A DNA stretch of 62,857 nucleotides, counting the filler, from Atractiella rhizophila (lineage: Eukaryota), in assembly GCA_021432655.1 (NCBI GenBank). It is 17 parts of 16 records of this genome, joined end to end, with 100 filler letters (N's around TTAATTAATTAA, not from the genome) between each part and the next. Parts side by side here need not be neighbours in the genome. Positions count along the whole stretch, not along the records: positions 8,874 to 13,182 come from MU272469.1; positions 13,283 to 17,589 come from MU272470.1; positions 17,690 to 21,992 come from MU272471.1; 14 more parts are not named here. The stretch is one strand, 5' to 3'. Numbering within the stretch: position 1 is the first letter of the stretch; each line of letters opens with the position of its first letter. Below the pieces are notes generated by a model. That model was not told where the DNA came from, ran no database searches, and worked only from the letters and a program-made list of their open reading frames with translations. Shown piece after piece: positions 9,841-19,630 of the stretch. The position numbers were made by a program, and so were the translations under genes.

Positions 9841-12803
9841 TCAACTAGCTGCCCTGAGTTTGGCTATTTCAGCACGCCTACGATGCACAAATATCAGGAG
9901 GCTGCGAATGGAGAAGGAAGGTTCTGCTCACAGCTCATCCAGAGAGGTTTGTAAAGCTGCTGCATCTTCGAATTGCCGTCTTTTATTAGCGTCTTCAAGG
10001 TACCCAGCAACGAGTTGCTCTTGCCTGCCAACATTTATCTCAGCGCACAGTGGAGGAAAGAGGTAGATGGCATACTCCATGAGAATTGCGAGAGCACCGT
10101 TCTGAGGATCCGGAGACTTGATCTTATCTCGGCCATCTTTCCCATCATCCGACCCATTCGTGCTGAAGCTACTACTTGCTGTCCGGTTGCCAGGTCTCTT
10201 CCGTTTTGAGGTGATCGTTTTATCACCTCCAGCAAAGCTGCTGTCCAGTGCGCCGAGGCCTGTCGACCAAGGATCAAGTAAGGATGAGGGATATGAGCGA
10301 GTGAGTGAGCGACTCACCACGAAGAGCGGCCATCTTTTCTCCAAGCCATAATGCAGCTCTCGTCGAGATCGCCTTCGTTAACCGCTGTTGACTTCCGCCG
10401 GGCTTCTGCCCCTCCGACGTTTGAAGAGGCAGGTCGCGGATTCGTCGTGACAGTGTATCGTACGAGGTCAAGGACGATAATATTTTCTTCCGCACTGTCA
10501 GGGCCTGCGCCTGGATGTTTAGGAGCGCGGTCGAATTGGGATTTGATGTCGAAACTGAACTGCGTTTATTCGTTGGTTAGGAGCGAGGGATGAATATGGA
10601 ATTACTAACTTCATGTTGATTACGAGCTCTTGTAGGTCGGGTATCAAAGCTTCCACTTCCTCTTCCACTTGTATGAGTACCTAAACCGCCCTCAGAAGGA
10701 TGAAAATGTGCTTCTAGGGAATAGGACGAACTTTGTGCAACTTGACATAATTGGGTATTGGCGTGTTCAAGGTCATCGTCTGTCGTCGTCTAAGCCTCTG
10801 TTCAGTTTCTCCCTCTTAAAAGCTAGGACTGGCATACAAAACAGACCGTACACAATCTCGGCAGACGCGAATCTCTTTCCGCTTCTCTTCCTTCGCAGGC
10901 TCCACCTTCGTCTTTCCATTCATGTTCAGCTTATCCCTCTCCCTCGCTTCCTCATCCACGTCTATCTCGACAATCCTCCCGCTCCCATCTCCAAAATCGT
11001 TCAATTCGTAAGTTATGAATGTCGAACAACGAACCGTCCGTGTGATAACATGAGGGGGCTGGGCTGTTTCCCCCTCCTTATCCTTCTCGTCCACAACCGA
11101 TGGCGGCGGATTCTGCTTCGAAAGAGGGGAGGCATTGGGAGGGAGAAAACAGACTATTCGACCACAGAGACGACAATGGTGTTTACGAGTCTTGAGGCCG
11201 AAGGCTGCCCTAGCCATTCAGCGTGAGACCAATCCCTTACATCTTGAACGTGGACTCACATGCAAATGGGGCAGCGTGACACCGACGCGTCGTCTTCCCA
11301 TTTGACTATTGCTTGTTCTGCGTCTGGATCGGGTGTCGTCAGTTGGCAGAAAGAGAAGGAGGCAAAACTCACTTCGGATCTCCCACTCCCCTCCCTCTCC
11401 ACCTCGTCCCAATGTGAGGTTCTTGAGTGTTTTTGACCAGACGTCGGAGGAGGATCTGGATATGCTTGACGAGATGGAGGATAGTGATGAATTGGTGGAG
11501 GTGCGTTTTAAAGGCGTTGGGGTGGATGCCGGAAAGTGTAATGCGATCAACTGCAAAATTGACAGGTCAGCTGCTCCGTGCTTGCATCGTAATTTGGAAA
11601 ATCAGAAACCTCTATCTCTCTGATAGATACTTCCTAGGCACATGCTGCTCCCTTCTCTCTTTCAATCAAGACATGGTGCAGCATATCCTCCCTTCTTGAA
11701 AGGCACAGGAAGAATAAACAAAGGGGAATATACATTTCAGTCAGTTTCGGACCCCCTCGTCATTGATTCACGATCTAATACGTAAAGGGTAAACCCTCTT
11801 CGGTTTTCCTCCTATCCTCTCTGGGGCACCAATTTCATGACATCCCACAGGAATATAATTACAGAAGGCACAAAACTTGAACTATCTGTCAATTTAACTC
11901 TGACAGAAAAGAATGCGGTCAGGTCAGGTCATGAATGCTGCATGAACTCAGCACTTTGAGTAAACTCTTGAGGGAAGTTGGATTGGGAGGAAAGAAAGGT
12001 AGGGGACAGAGTTGTGAAATGGTAGTGTCTCACTCTAGATGAGCAGGCGAGTTTCTGTCCATGTCACTCTCCACCAAAGAGTGAGAACGGACAGTACACA
12101 AGATGAACAGCCCTCTGAGCTTTTGCTCGCCATCCACAACACACCACACCACAGACAGACAGAAATTATGTCATCTGACCACCCAAAAAAAAGGAAGGAA
12201 GGAAGGAAAGAAGTTCACCTTCTGAGCCCTCCTCTCGACCCTCTGATCGTCCAACCTCCTCCTCCCCGCCTCCCTCTCCCTCACCGCAAGGAAATCCTCC
12301 CACCTCTCCCTCCTCACGCCCTTCGGCTGAAACCTCGGATGATACGGCGTCCTCTTCTTCTCCCTCTCGCTTTCCAGCGGGGTACCCGACGAAGGCGGGG
12401 AGGTCGGGGGCTGGAAAGCGAGATGAGAGAGGTCGGAGGGGCGGCGGGAAAGCGAGGCGAGGTTGGGGGGCGTGGCTGTGGCGGACACGGGATGGGAGTG
12501 AGAGTGGGAGTGGGGATGGGAGCTGGCGTTAGAGTGGGCGAGTGGAGGGGTGAAGAGATCGAGGGAGGGGGTGTGGGAGGAGAGTGCGGACGCGGGACGG
12601 ACGAAGAGCGCCGGCGTGAAGGCTTCGGTGTGTGCCGGGGAGGACGTGTTGGGGGCAGGGAAGGAGAAGGCGGGTGCGGTGGGAGAGGTGGAGAGGAGGC
12701 CGTTGATGCCGTGGATGGAGGAGGTGTTGGATGCCGTGCGCCGGGAGAGAGAGCGCGGCTGATACGGCGTGTATACGAGTGGCGAGGTGGGAGGCGAGGA
12801 CAT
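9841..12803 (-). CDS. PEP7: FYVE-domain Rab5/Vps21 effector Pep7/Vac1 (rabenosyn-5-like), multi-exon
   Basis: Exon 1 (12803-12219, ending FQPKGVRRER...RVERRAQK) splices in frame to LIALHFP at 11550. FYVE motifs WEDDASVSRCPIC, RKHHCRLCGRIVC and RVCRDC. C-terminal Rab-binding-like helix EQLVAGYLEDANKRRQFEDAAALQTSLDEL. Stop at 9843-9841. Confidence 0.85.
11590..12165 (-). ncRNA. Candidate structured ncRNA inside PEP7 intron 1 (identity unknown)
   Basis: The 668-nt intron (12218-11551) holds many nested helices whose G-U pairs favour the minus strand. Boundaries approximate; see findings. Confidence 0.4.
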
Positions 12804-13085
12804 CCTTATCACCTGTTACCTCTTATTCCAACTGTAAACTGTTATTGTGCACAAGATGTTCAAGTTGATGACGCGAATGTCTACTTAACAAACATCCTAT
12901 CGGCTAATCGAGTCAGATCAATACAGGATGGATTCGCTGGTTTCGCTGGTTTCAGTCTTCAGACTATGCCGCTTCATGTTGTGCCAACCTGTGGTAAAAT
13001 TTATTAAAAAAGTGGAAGAATTATGGGGCTCTACAATAAAGAATTGCCAGCGGAATTGCGACTAGAAACGAGCTGTGGTCAATGA

Positions 13086-13182
13086 TACCCTGGAATCTTG
13101 CAGGGCTGGTCTAGTGCTGACCTAGTCACTCAAGGCACTACCACTCAAAACAGTGCATGCTTAGAGCTGGTTTAGGGCCGAT
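13086..13182 (+). repeat. Dispersed repeat terminus (YACCCTGGAA...), probable DNA transposon end
   Basis: Matches the reverse complement of 50461-50562. Homology ends sharply at (T/C)ACCCTGGAA. Confidence 0.65.
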
Positions 13183-13282
13183 NNNNNNNNNNNNNNNNNN
13201 NNNNNNNNNNNNNNNNNNNNNNNNNNTTAATTAATTAANNNNNNNNNNNNNNNNNNNNNNNNNNNNNNNNNNNNNNNNNNNN

Positions 13283-13467
13283 TAAACTGTAAAATTATGA
13301 TGACGAGTAGAGTCTAAGTTAATACAAGGGTACCCGTGAGTAGTACTCATGAGTACAAGGGTACCTGTGTCAAAGGTTCACAACAAGTTACAAATCAGGC
13401 TCTAAGCTGATCGATACTTGTCAGTAAGGGTATCTGTACTCACAAGTACTACTCATTGGCATCTCTA
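13283..13467 (-). mobile_element. hAT-like transposon terminus (TAGAGATGCC...) with GGGTACC/TACTC subterminal repeats
   Basis: Reverse complement matches 45367-45591. Both end exactly at TAGAGATGCCAATGAGTAGTAC, resembling Ac-type TAGGGATG ends. Here it interrupts a copia RT. Confidence 0.7.
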
Positions 13468-13945
13468 GCTCACAAAGTCTCTGTACTTGGAAAGTACCTC
13501 TCTAATCCAGGAAAGAAGCACTGGGAAGCAGCCAAACATCTTCTACGATACCTCAAAGGCACTCAGAACTTAGGAATCGAGTACTCTGCAGCTGGTTTCG
13601 ACCTTAACCAACCTTTTCATGCCTTCTATGATGCAGATTTTGCTGGGTACAAGGATACTGGACGTTCTACCGGAGGTTATGTCCTCAAGATAGGTAATGG
13701 AGCAGTCAGTTGGAGCAGCAAACTTCAATCCCTCATTGCCCTTTCTACTACGGAAGCAGAATATGTCTCAGGAGTCTCAGCTGGCCAAGAAGTCGTCTGG
13801 TTAAGGAATCTTTTAGAAGAAATAGGCTTTGCTCCTCAAGGTCCTACTCCCCTCTTTACAGACAGCAGCAGTGCTCTATAGGTATCCAAGGACCCTGAGC
13901 ACCATGGTCGAATGAAACACCTGGACCTTTGCTTCTCTGTCTGCA
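13468..13945 (+). mobile_element. Ty1/copia RT C-terminus and RNase H fragment
   Basis: HWEAAKHLLRYLKGT, YDADFAGYKDTGRSTGGY, VSWSSKLQSLIALSTTEAEYV, DSSSAL*VSKDPEHHGRMKHLD. Confidence 0.93.
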
Positions 13946-13959
13946 ATACTGAGTCAAAG

Positions 13960-15013
13960 GGTTGGGTAGGAAAATCCGGAGGATGCACGAATTCGGGATC
14001 TTAACGACAACCGAGGTGTGTCTGTGGAAGAAGAGTCGAATATGGACAGAAAGGGTCGAATCGGGTTGAAAATCTTCGCCGATTTCCTCGCTAACGAAAT
14101 ATACGAGCACGAAATCACACATCCGAACTCCATCCACGGCGAGTTTCTCTTGGCTATCAAGTGCTATCTCTTCACCACCATGCCCTTTCCAACCCCCGCA
14201 GACACCATCCTATGGATCGACGGATGGACAAAGCGTCGCGGCATGTCTCGAATCCGTCAATTGTACAAGGACGTGGCGAGTTCCTCATTCGTTCTATTGT
14301 GTCATCACAATAATGGCATGGTGAGATTGAGGACAATCTGACAAAGGCCCGAGGTAATTATGTGAGCTATGTTCGAAGTCAGGTGAAAACCACGTACAAC
14401 TTGGGGTCCACTGTGTCCGAAATCAAGAAGAATGTCGATTTCTGGCTACAGGATCGACATTTTTTATTTGCACGGATTGATCCGGTTGATTTTCAGGTTC
14501 TCTTTGCTAGGAAGAACCTAATTGGACTTTCTGCTATGTCACAGGGCGGTGGCGGCTAAAAAGGAAAGTTCCAACATCCCGCTGCAAAATCTATCATTGC
14601 CGATTATTTCTATCATCCCAATGCCTTAGGAGACCTTTGTTGGAGAAAGCTGGATGAAGAAGATGTTGAAGATCCGTTTGGGCATCACGAATGTCCGATT
14701 CCCCCGATTATTGCGTTAACCTTCACGGCGGTATGTCCTCCTCGATATTTGATCGTCCATGCTTATGTGTACACTATGCCTGCAGATCTATGTTGGACTT
14801 AAAGATTGGAGTACTGGTGTTCAAATTCGTCCATCACAAGTGCCGTTCACTCGAAAACAGAGACCGAAGTACACCAAATTCCTTGAGTCGCTAGAGCGGC
14901 ATCAGGATTATGACGCTATCAGGACGGAGGCTTACGCGTATGTGATGGAGCACGGAGGACTGCTCGAAGTCAGAGGCGCCACGTCGTCCGAGGACGGGGA
15001 CTCTGACTACTAA
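13960..15013 (+). CDS. DUF6532-like basidiomycete protein (spliced, 5' end lost or interrupted)
   Basis: Exons encode GKFQHPAAKSIIADYFY...PIPPIIALTFTA|IYVGLKDWSTG...YTKFLESL, matching the DUF6532 pattern as I recall it. GT-AG intron near 14731-14785. Confidence 0.6.
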
Positions 15014-16209
15014 TTGTGCGTCCCTTTCTCCACTTCTTACTTCCCAGCGTTAACACGTCCAATCCAGCCCCATCCTTGATTTAAAAGTTCAACGTCCATT
15101 TTTCATGTTAGTCCGTCAAGCGTTGCTTACTGTCATTCAATAATCTGAGTGCTTTAGATTCTTTGCACACATCATCACAGCAGCTTTAGCTGTACTTGGT
15201 ACATCGTCTGTCTCAATCCGCACCTCATCCTCACTTCCTTTAGGCTCCTTCACATGTTTATAGCTTATTATGTGGATAACTCTATAAGTATGTTGATTTC
15301 CCACTCCTCTTTATTGTTAGTGTGCTTATTTCAGCTCGACGCATTAGCCTTTACTGGCTCTTGCGTACCAAAGTTGTATTGTATATACTACTCTTCTTTC
15401 AATTATATTCATTGCTTCATTATTCTATGGGGTACAAGCGAAAGCGGAAAAGGGAATCCCTGTATTTAATAAGCGGCATCGGAGGAACTGGGAGGCCGGT
15501 GGAGGCACTTGGAGGACGGGAGAGGTCAGGAGGTCTTATTACCTCTGGAGGCTTCAGAGTGTGCCAGAGGGAGGGGAGGACTGTAGGAAGAGAGGAAGGG
15601 AGAGACTAGACCACTCTGGAGAGAGGCATCGATTTGAGGAGCTGAACTTTCCTTCCATGACTCTATCCTTTCCAGAGGTTCTAGAACCCCCTAGTGGGGA
15701 GTGGACATTTTCCTGATGTACAAGTGGCAGGTGCTTGTAAATCGAACTGCTCTCGCTACCATTTGTCGATTCCAAGGGTCTAAAGGAATGCATTACAATG
15801 AAGTTATAATGGGCTTTTTATACCTTGAGGAACTCAGCAAAATGAGAGAAACGTCAAGGGGAAAGAAAACTAGAACCACAAATGACAGTGGCACAAATGC
15901 AGCTTAAAACGGTGCCAAATTTTGACAATACCTAGGGGTTGGTGGTCAATAATGAGCACCAACACTCCTAGGCAGCACTAAACTACAGACATAATGATGA
16001 CTCATAAGAGTCATGAGAGGCAGATGACCACAACAACACACTACAACTAACACCTAGTAACTCTGATCTGTAGGTCTTCACTTCTCATTCACCAATTTGT
16101 TTTGATGGTATCAAGCAGTGATTTGTCTGTGCTCTCATATGTATGGAAAACCTATTAACTCTCCAAATGTTCACTTCATTGGGACAGAAAGGGACATCGT
16201 TGGAAGGAT

Positions 16210-17400
16210 TTGCCAGAGGAAGTAAGGTCACCACTCAAGCAAGAACTTCTCTTTGCACCCTCAGACTACATCAAAAGCCTAACCCCGCCACCATCATTGA
16301 CGCTCCAACAACTCTATGACCTGCCTCTGCCTCACAGATCTGGTACCCAGCTCATCTACCAGCCACTCCCCAAACTTTATCCCTGCGAGCCACAACTATG
16401 TGTACAATAATCCCTTCCTCCATACCCTACCAACAATGGGACCTGGTGGGAGAATTTGCAGCAAGAAGCTCTGCAGTCATGTCTGGATGGAGCGATGTCT
16501 ATCAGCATACCTGGATCTCCTCTATGCTTCCAAGTCTGGATGCTTGATATCTGGCGGCGATGGCAGTACTCTGCCGGTTATTTCCAAGTTTGTGATAAGT
16601 TCAGGAATATCGCGCAATGGAGGGATGCACAACTAGATCAGCGGCAGAGGGAAGTGCTTGACAAGATACTCCTATCTACCAGCTGGAAATGAGACTGGTT
16701 GGCCTTCAAGATAAGTGATCATCCATTTGATGCCTTTCAACTTTGTAGGACTCTAGCACAAGAGTGGTATTCGGATGCCAACCTTGACTTTCTGCTTGAA
16801 GCCTTCTTCAGGGCATTTCTTCATACCAATCCTGCTATGGCTGCCTTTTCTATTGCTTCTTGTTCTCTTTGGACCCATATCTTTGACTCTTATCATTTTG
16901 GCCAGGGATTTTATCAGCCACTTTCAGACCATTATGGCAATCTATCGACAAGCGTGTACCTTGTTATCATTCCCAGTTAATCACAATTGTAATCTGCATT
17001 GGATCCATTGCAGTATCAATTCACCACACTGTTTTTTATAGAAATTCAATGGGTATTAATCCTTCAGATAGATACGTTAAAGATTCTGTTCAAGCTATAC
17101 AGTTCAGTTTCTACCTTTTACCTTTACAGCTAATTTTAATGCTCTGGTCATTTCTCGTCAATCTCTTCAAGATACTTATTCTTGTGGACCATTTGTTGTG
17201 AATTCAATTTTACCTTTTCTCCTCCAACAACTTTCCAATAATTCAAGAGCAAGAACAGAACATGTGGCGTTTGCAACTTACTCGTATGCTGTTGGACTTC
17301 ACTGGACCTATAAGTGATTCCTTCAGTCGTTTGCAAAATAATTTGATGGAGTAGAGATTAAATGAAGAAAATTATCCAGATTGAAAGAAGTAAGTGGCTA
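16210..17400 (+). pseudogene. Decayed Ulp1-like (peptidase C48) gene, probably transposon-borne
   Basis: WYSDANLD (WLxDxxID-like), FPVNHNCNLHWIHCSI (catalytic His-Trp) and a downstream TCGVC (catalytic Cys). Multiple stops and frameshifts. Confidence 0.55.
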
Positions 17401-17990
17401 CTCAACTGTCATGCCTATGACATCACACAAGGTCCCCGCTCTTCATGTTCCACCCAGATTACATTGAAGTGACTCCTCCCATGAATGTTGACTGCCAGTC
17501 TTTTCACTTTGCCTTCTGCCTAGTCCTCCGCACGATTCTTTCAGTATGTTACTTGCGGCTTGCCTTCAAGGCTAGGTTGACGATTCAGCNNNNNNNNNNN
17601 NNNNNNNNNNNNNNNNNNNNNNNNNNNNNNNNNTTAATTAATTAANNNNNNNNNNNNNNNNNNNNNNNNNNNNNNNNNNNNNNNNNNNNTTAGCCATGAA
17701 CAAGGTGCAACCAGAAAAAGAATCTGTTCAATGAGTCTCTTTAGGCTGTGGCTCACGCCTTGCCTCTTCAAGCTTGACGCTCGCTGAATGAATTCTGGGA
17801 AACCAACCGGTTCACCACGGAATTATAAATCCTTGTCGCAGCCCTGCGAGTACAAAAGAGCTGACGCGAAACTTGAATTTTCCTGCTAGCATCGAGCCTG
17901 TGTTCAGTGAGCTGTGTGAGGTGAGATAAGACAAGTGGAGTGGTCAGGAGAGAGATGTGGCCATCAGTCGAGTAGGGAGCGAGATACATA

Positions 17991-18455
17991 TCCTTATGTA
18001 TAAAGCACGACGGGTTTTGACCATGACTCACACATGTACTTTTGAGCCCTTAGATCACCGCCTACAACAGTCCTTTCAAAGTTCTGAGCATACAGCAAGA
18101 ATATGCATATCGGCGCCCTTCGAACCGTATACAGCAAAGCCCATTTGAAAGACAAAAAAAATTGTTTTCCCTACTGACTCATGTGACTTCTTGGTCCACA
18201 ACAACCCCCTCAAAATTCTGAGCATACCACCAGAATACGCGTGTCAGCACCTTTCGAACAGTATACAATAAAGCTTATTTAAAAGACAATAAATAATTGT
18301 CTTCATTACTGAGTCACACTTTGCCACTTTTGGCAAGACTTTTCTTACCTGCTCAAAATAATTCGCAAGGTAAAGAGTTTGCGTGATGGTGTAGTTGGTG
18401 TTATCCTAAGGATACAACTTTGCTTTAGGTGTTGGTTCGATTCTCTGCTGAGGCG
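17991..18455 (+). mobile_element. Helitron-type 5' terminal region, copy 1
   Basis: A|TCCTTATGTATAAAGCACGACGGGTTTTGAC, with an internal tandem unit of about 135 nt. Homologous to 21347-21840 and to 53514-53708 (minus). Confidence 0.65.
18381..18452 (+). promoter_or_regulatory. tRNA-derived Pol III A-box/B-box module (tRNA pseudogene-like)
   Basis: A box TGGTGTAGTTGG at 18387-18398 and B box GGTTCGATTC at 18434-18443. No intact cloverleaf. Confidence 0.6.
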
Positions 18456-18479
18456 GATGATCTGAAGCGACTTCTTTCA

Positions 18480-19630
18480 TGAACCGTTCCCATTTCAAAC
18501 GAACTCACTGGCCGTGGCTAATCACACCTAGTAAAAGAGCTAAACAAAACAAAAATGGGAAACCACATTTCTGTGCAGAAGGAGGAGACAACGCACCAGA
18601 CACAACCAACTGCTTCATGGATCCTCTGTTGCTCATTGGCCGGAGGGAGTCTAATCTCCCTCTCACCCATATGCTTCCACATTCAGATCCCGATCCTCTG
18701 TTGCAGGAAACCTCTTAAGTCTCCTCCTGTCTGATCCACAACTCTTCTTCTCCGTCGGTTGCACTGACATTGCTGTTTCTCAAGCCTCCGTTGGACCTGC
18801 GGTTTCACATGCGGTTAAAGCAGAGATTGATGCCGAGGCAGAGATTTGAGTTTGGTATGACGTAGTGGTGGCGGATGACATGAATGGGAAGTAGGTGTTT
18901 GATGAGGATTTGAGGAGCAGAAGAAGGCGGAGGAGGGAGTGATGGTGCGCCAGGTGTTGAGTGGTGTTGAAAGCATCGAGAGAATTGGCGGCACCGCTTC
19001 GAAGAAGAGAAAAAGGAGGTCCAGGACGATTTGGCGATTACAGAGGTGAGGACGCTCGGGGCGGGTATCCGTCGTGGTGGTCGTCGTTGTCATGGATGTG
19101 GAGGAGGTGGATTCCATCGAAGGAGCGATGATTGGAGCAGGGGAGGAGGACATGGAAGGTGGCGCAGGTGATGTGGTTTTCGCTGCAGGACCAGCGGAGC
19201 CGTACCACGAGAAAATCCAAGTTCCGGTGCATGGCACGTCCTTGTCTCCTGCTACTCTGACAGTTGAAGGAGCAGAAGGCATGGTGATCGCCTCTGGCGG
19301 CGGTTCGGCCTTCTTGGGAGGTTCTGGCGTCGATATTGCCGCTGGAGCAGGTGGTGGTGGAGGCGGAGGAGCGGGAGTGTTAGATGGAGGAGGTTGCGGC
19401 TGAGGAATGGAAGGGCCTCACCTCCACCAAGATGACGCCGGCGGCATCGATGCCTCTTTCGTCTGGGCAGTGGCAGGAAGAGAAGGTTCTCCAGTCGCAG
19501 CGGGACCACTATCAGCAGGTTTGACTGCAACTCCCGTCCCTGTCTCTCTGTTCGTCTCCTTCGCTTCCTCCGCACTCGTTGACGACGGTAGCCATTGTTG
19601 GAAGGGGGAGGAGGATCAAGTTGGTTGAGG
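18480..19630 (-). pseudogene. Decayed Pro/Ser/Thr-rich host-like gene fragment between two Helitron 5' ends
   Basis: Low-complexity frame (...MPPASSWWR | PQPPPSNTPAPPPPPPAPAA...WIFSWYGS...) with an apparent splice donor and frameshifts. Confidence 0.4.

Noticed and set aside
11640..11665. GAAGGGAGCAGC (minus strand) resembling SRP RNA helix 8
   Set aside because: The partner CAGG strand and GNRA tetraloop are missing; GCAGC pairs with an upstream GCUGC instead.
11782..11800. UUUACCCUUUAC as a telomerase template
   Set aside because: Better explained as the hairpin AGAGGG-UUUA-CCCUUU, and it would encode an atypical repeat.
12039..13007. 322-aa Gly/Arg-rich plus-strand ORF
   Set aside because: Antisense shadow of the Pro/Ser-rich PEP7 exon 1.
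18381..18452. Functional tRNA genes here and at 21751-21835
   Set aside because: A and B boxes are present, but acceptor and anticodon stems do not form a cloverleaf; kept only as tRNA-derived modules.
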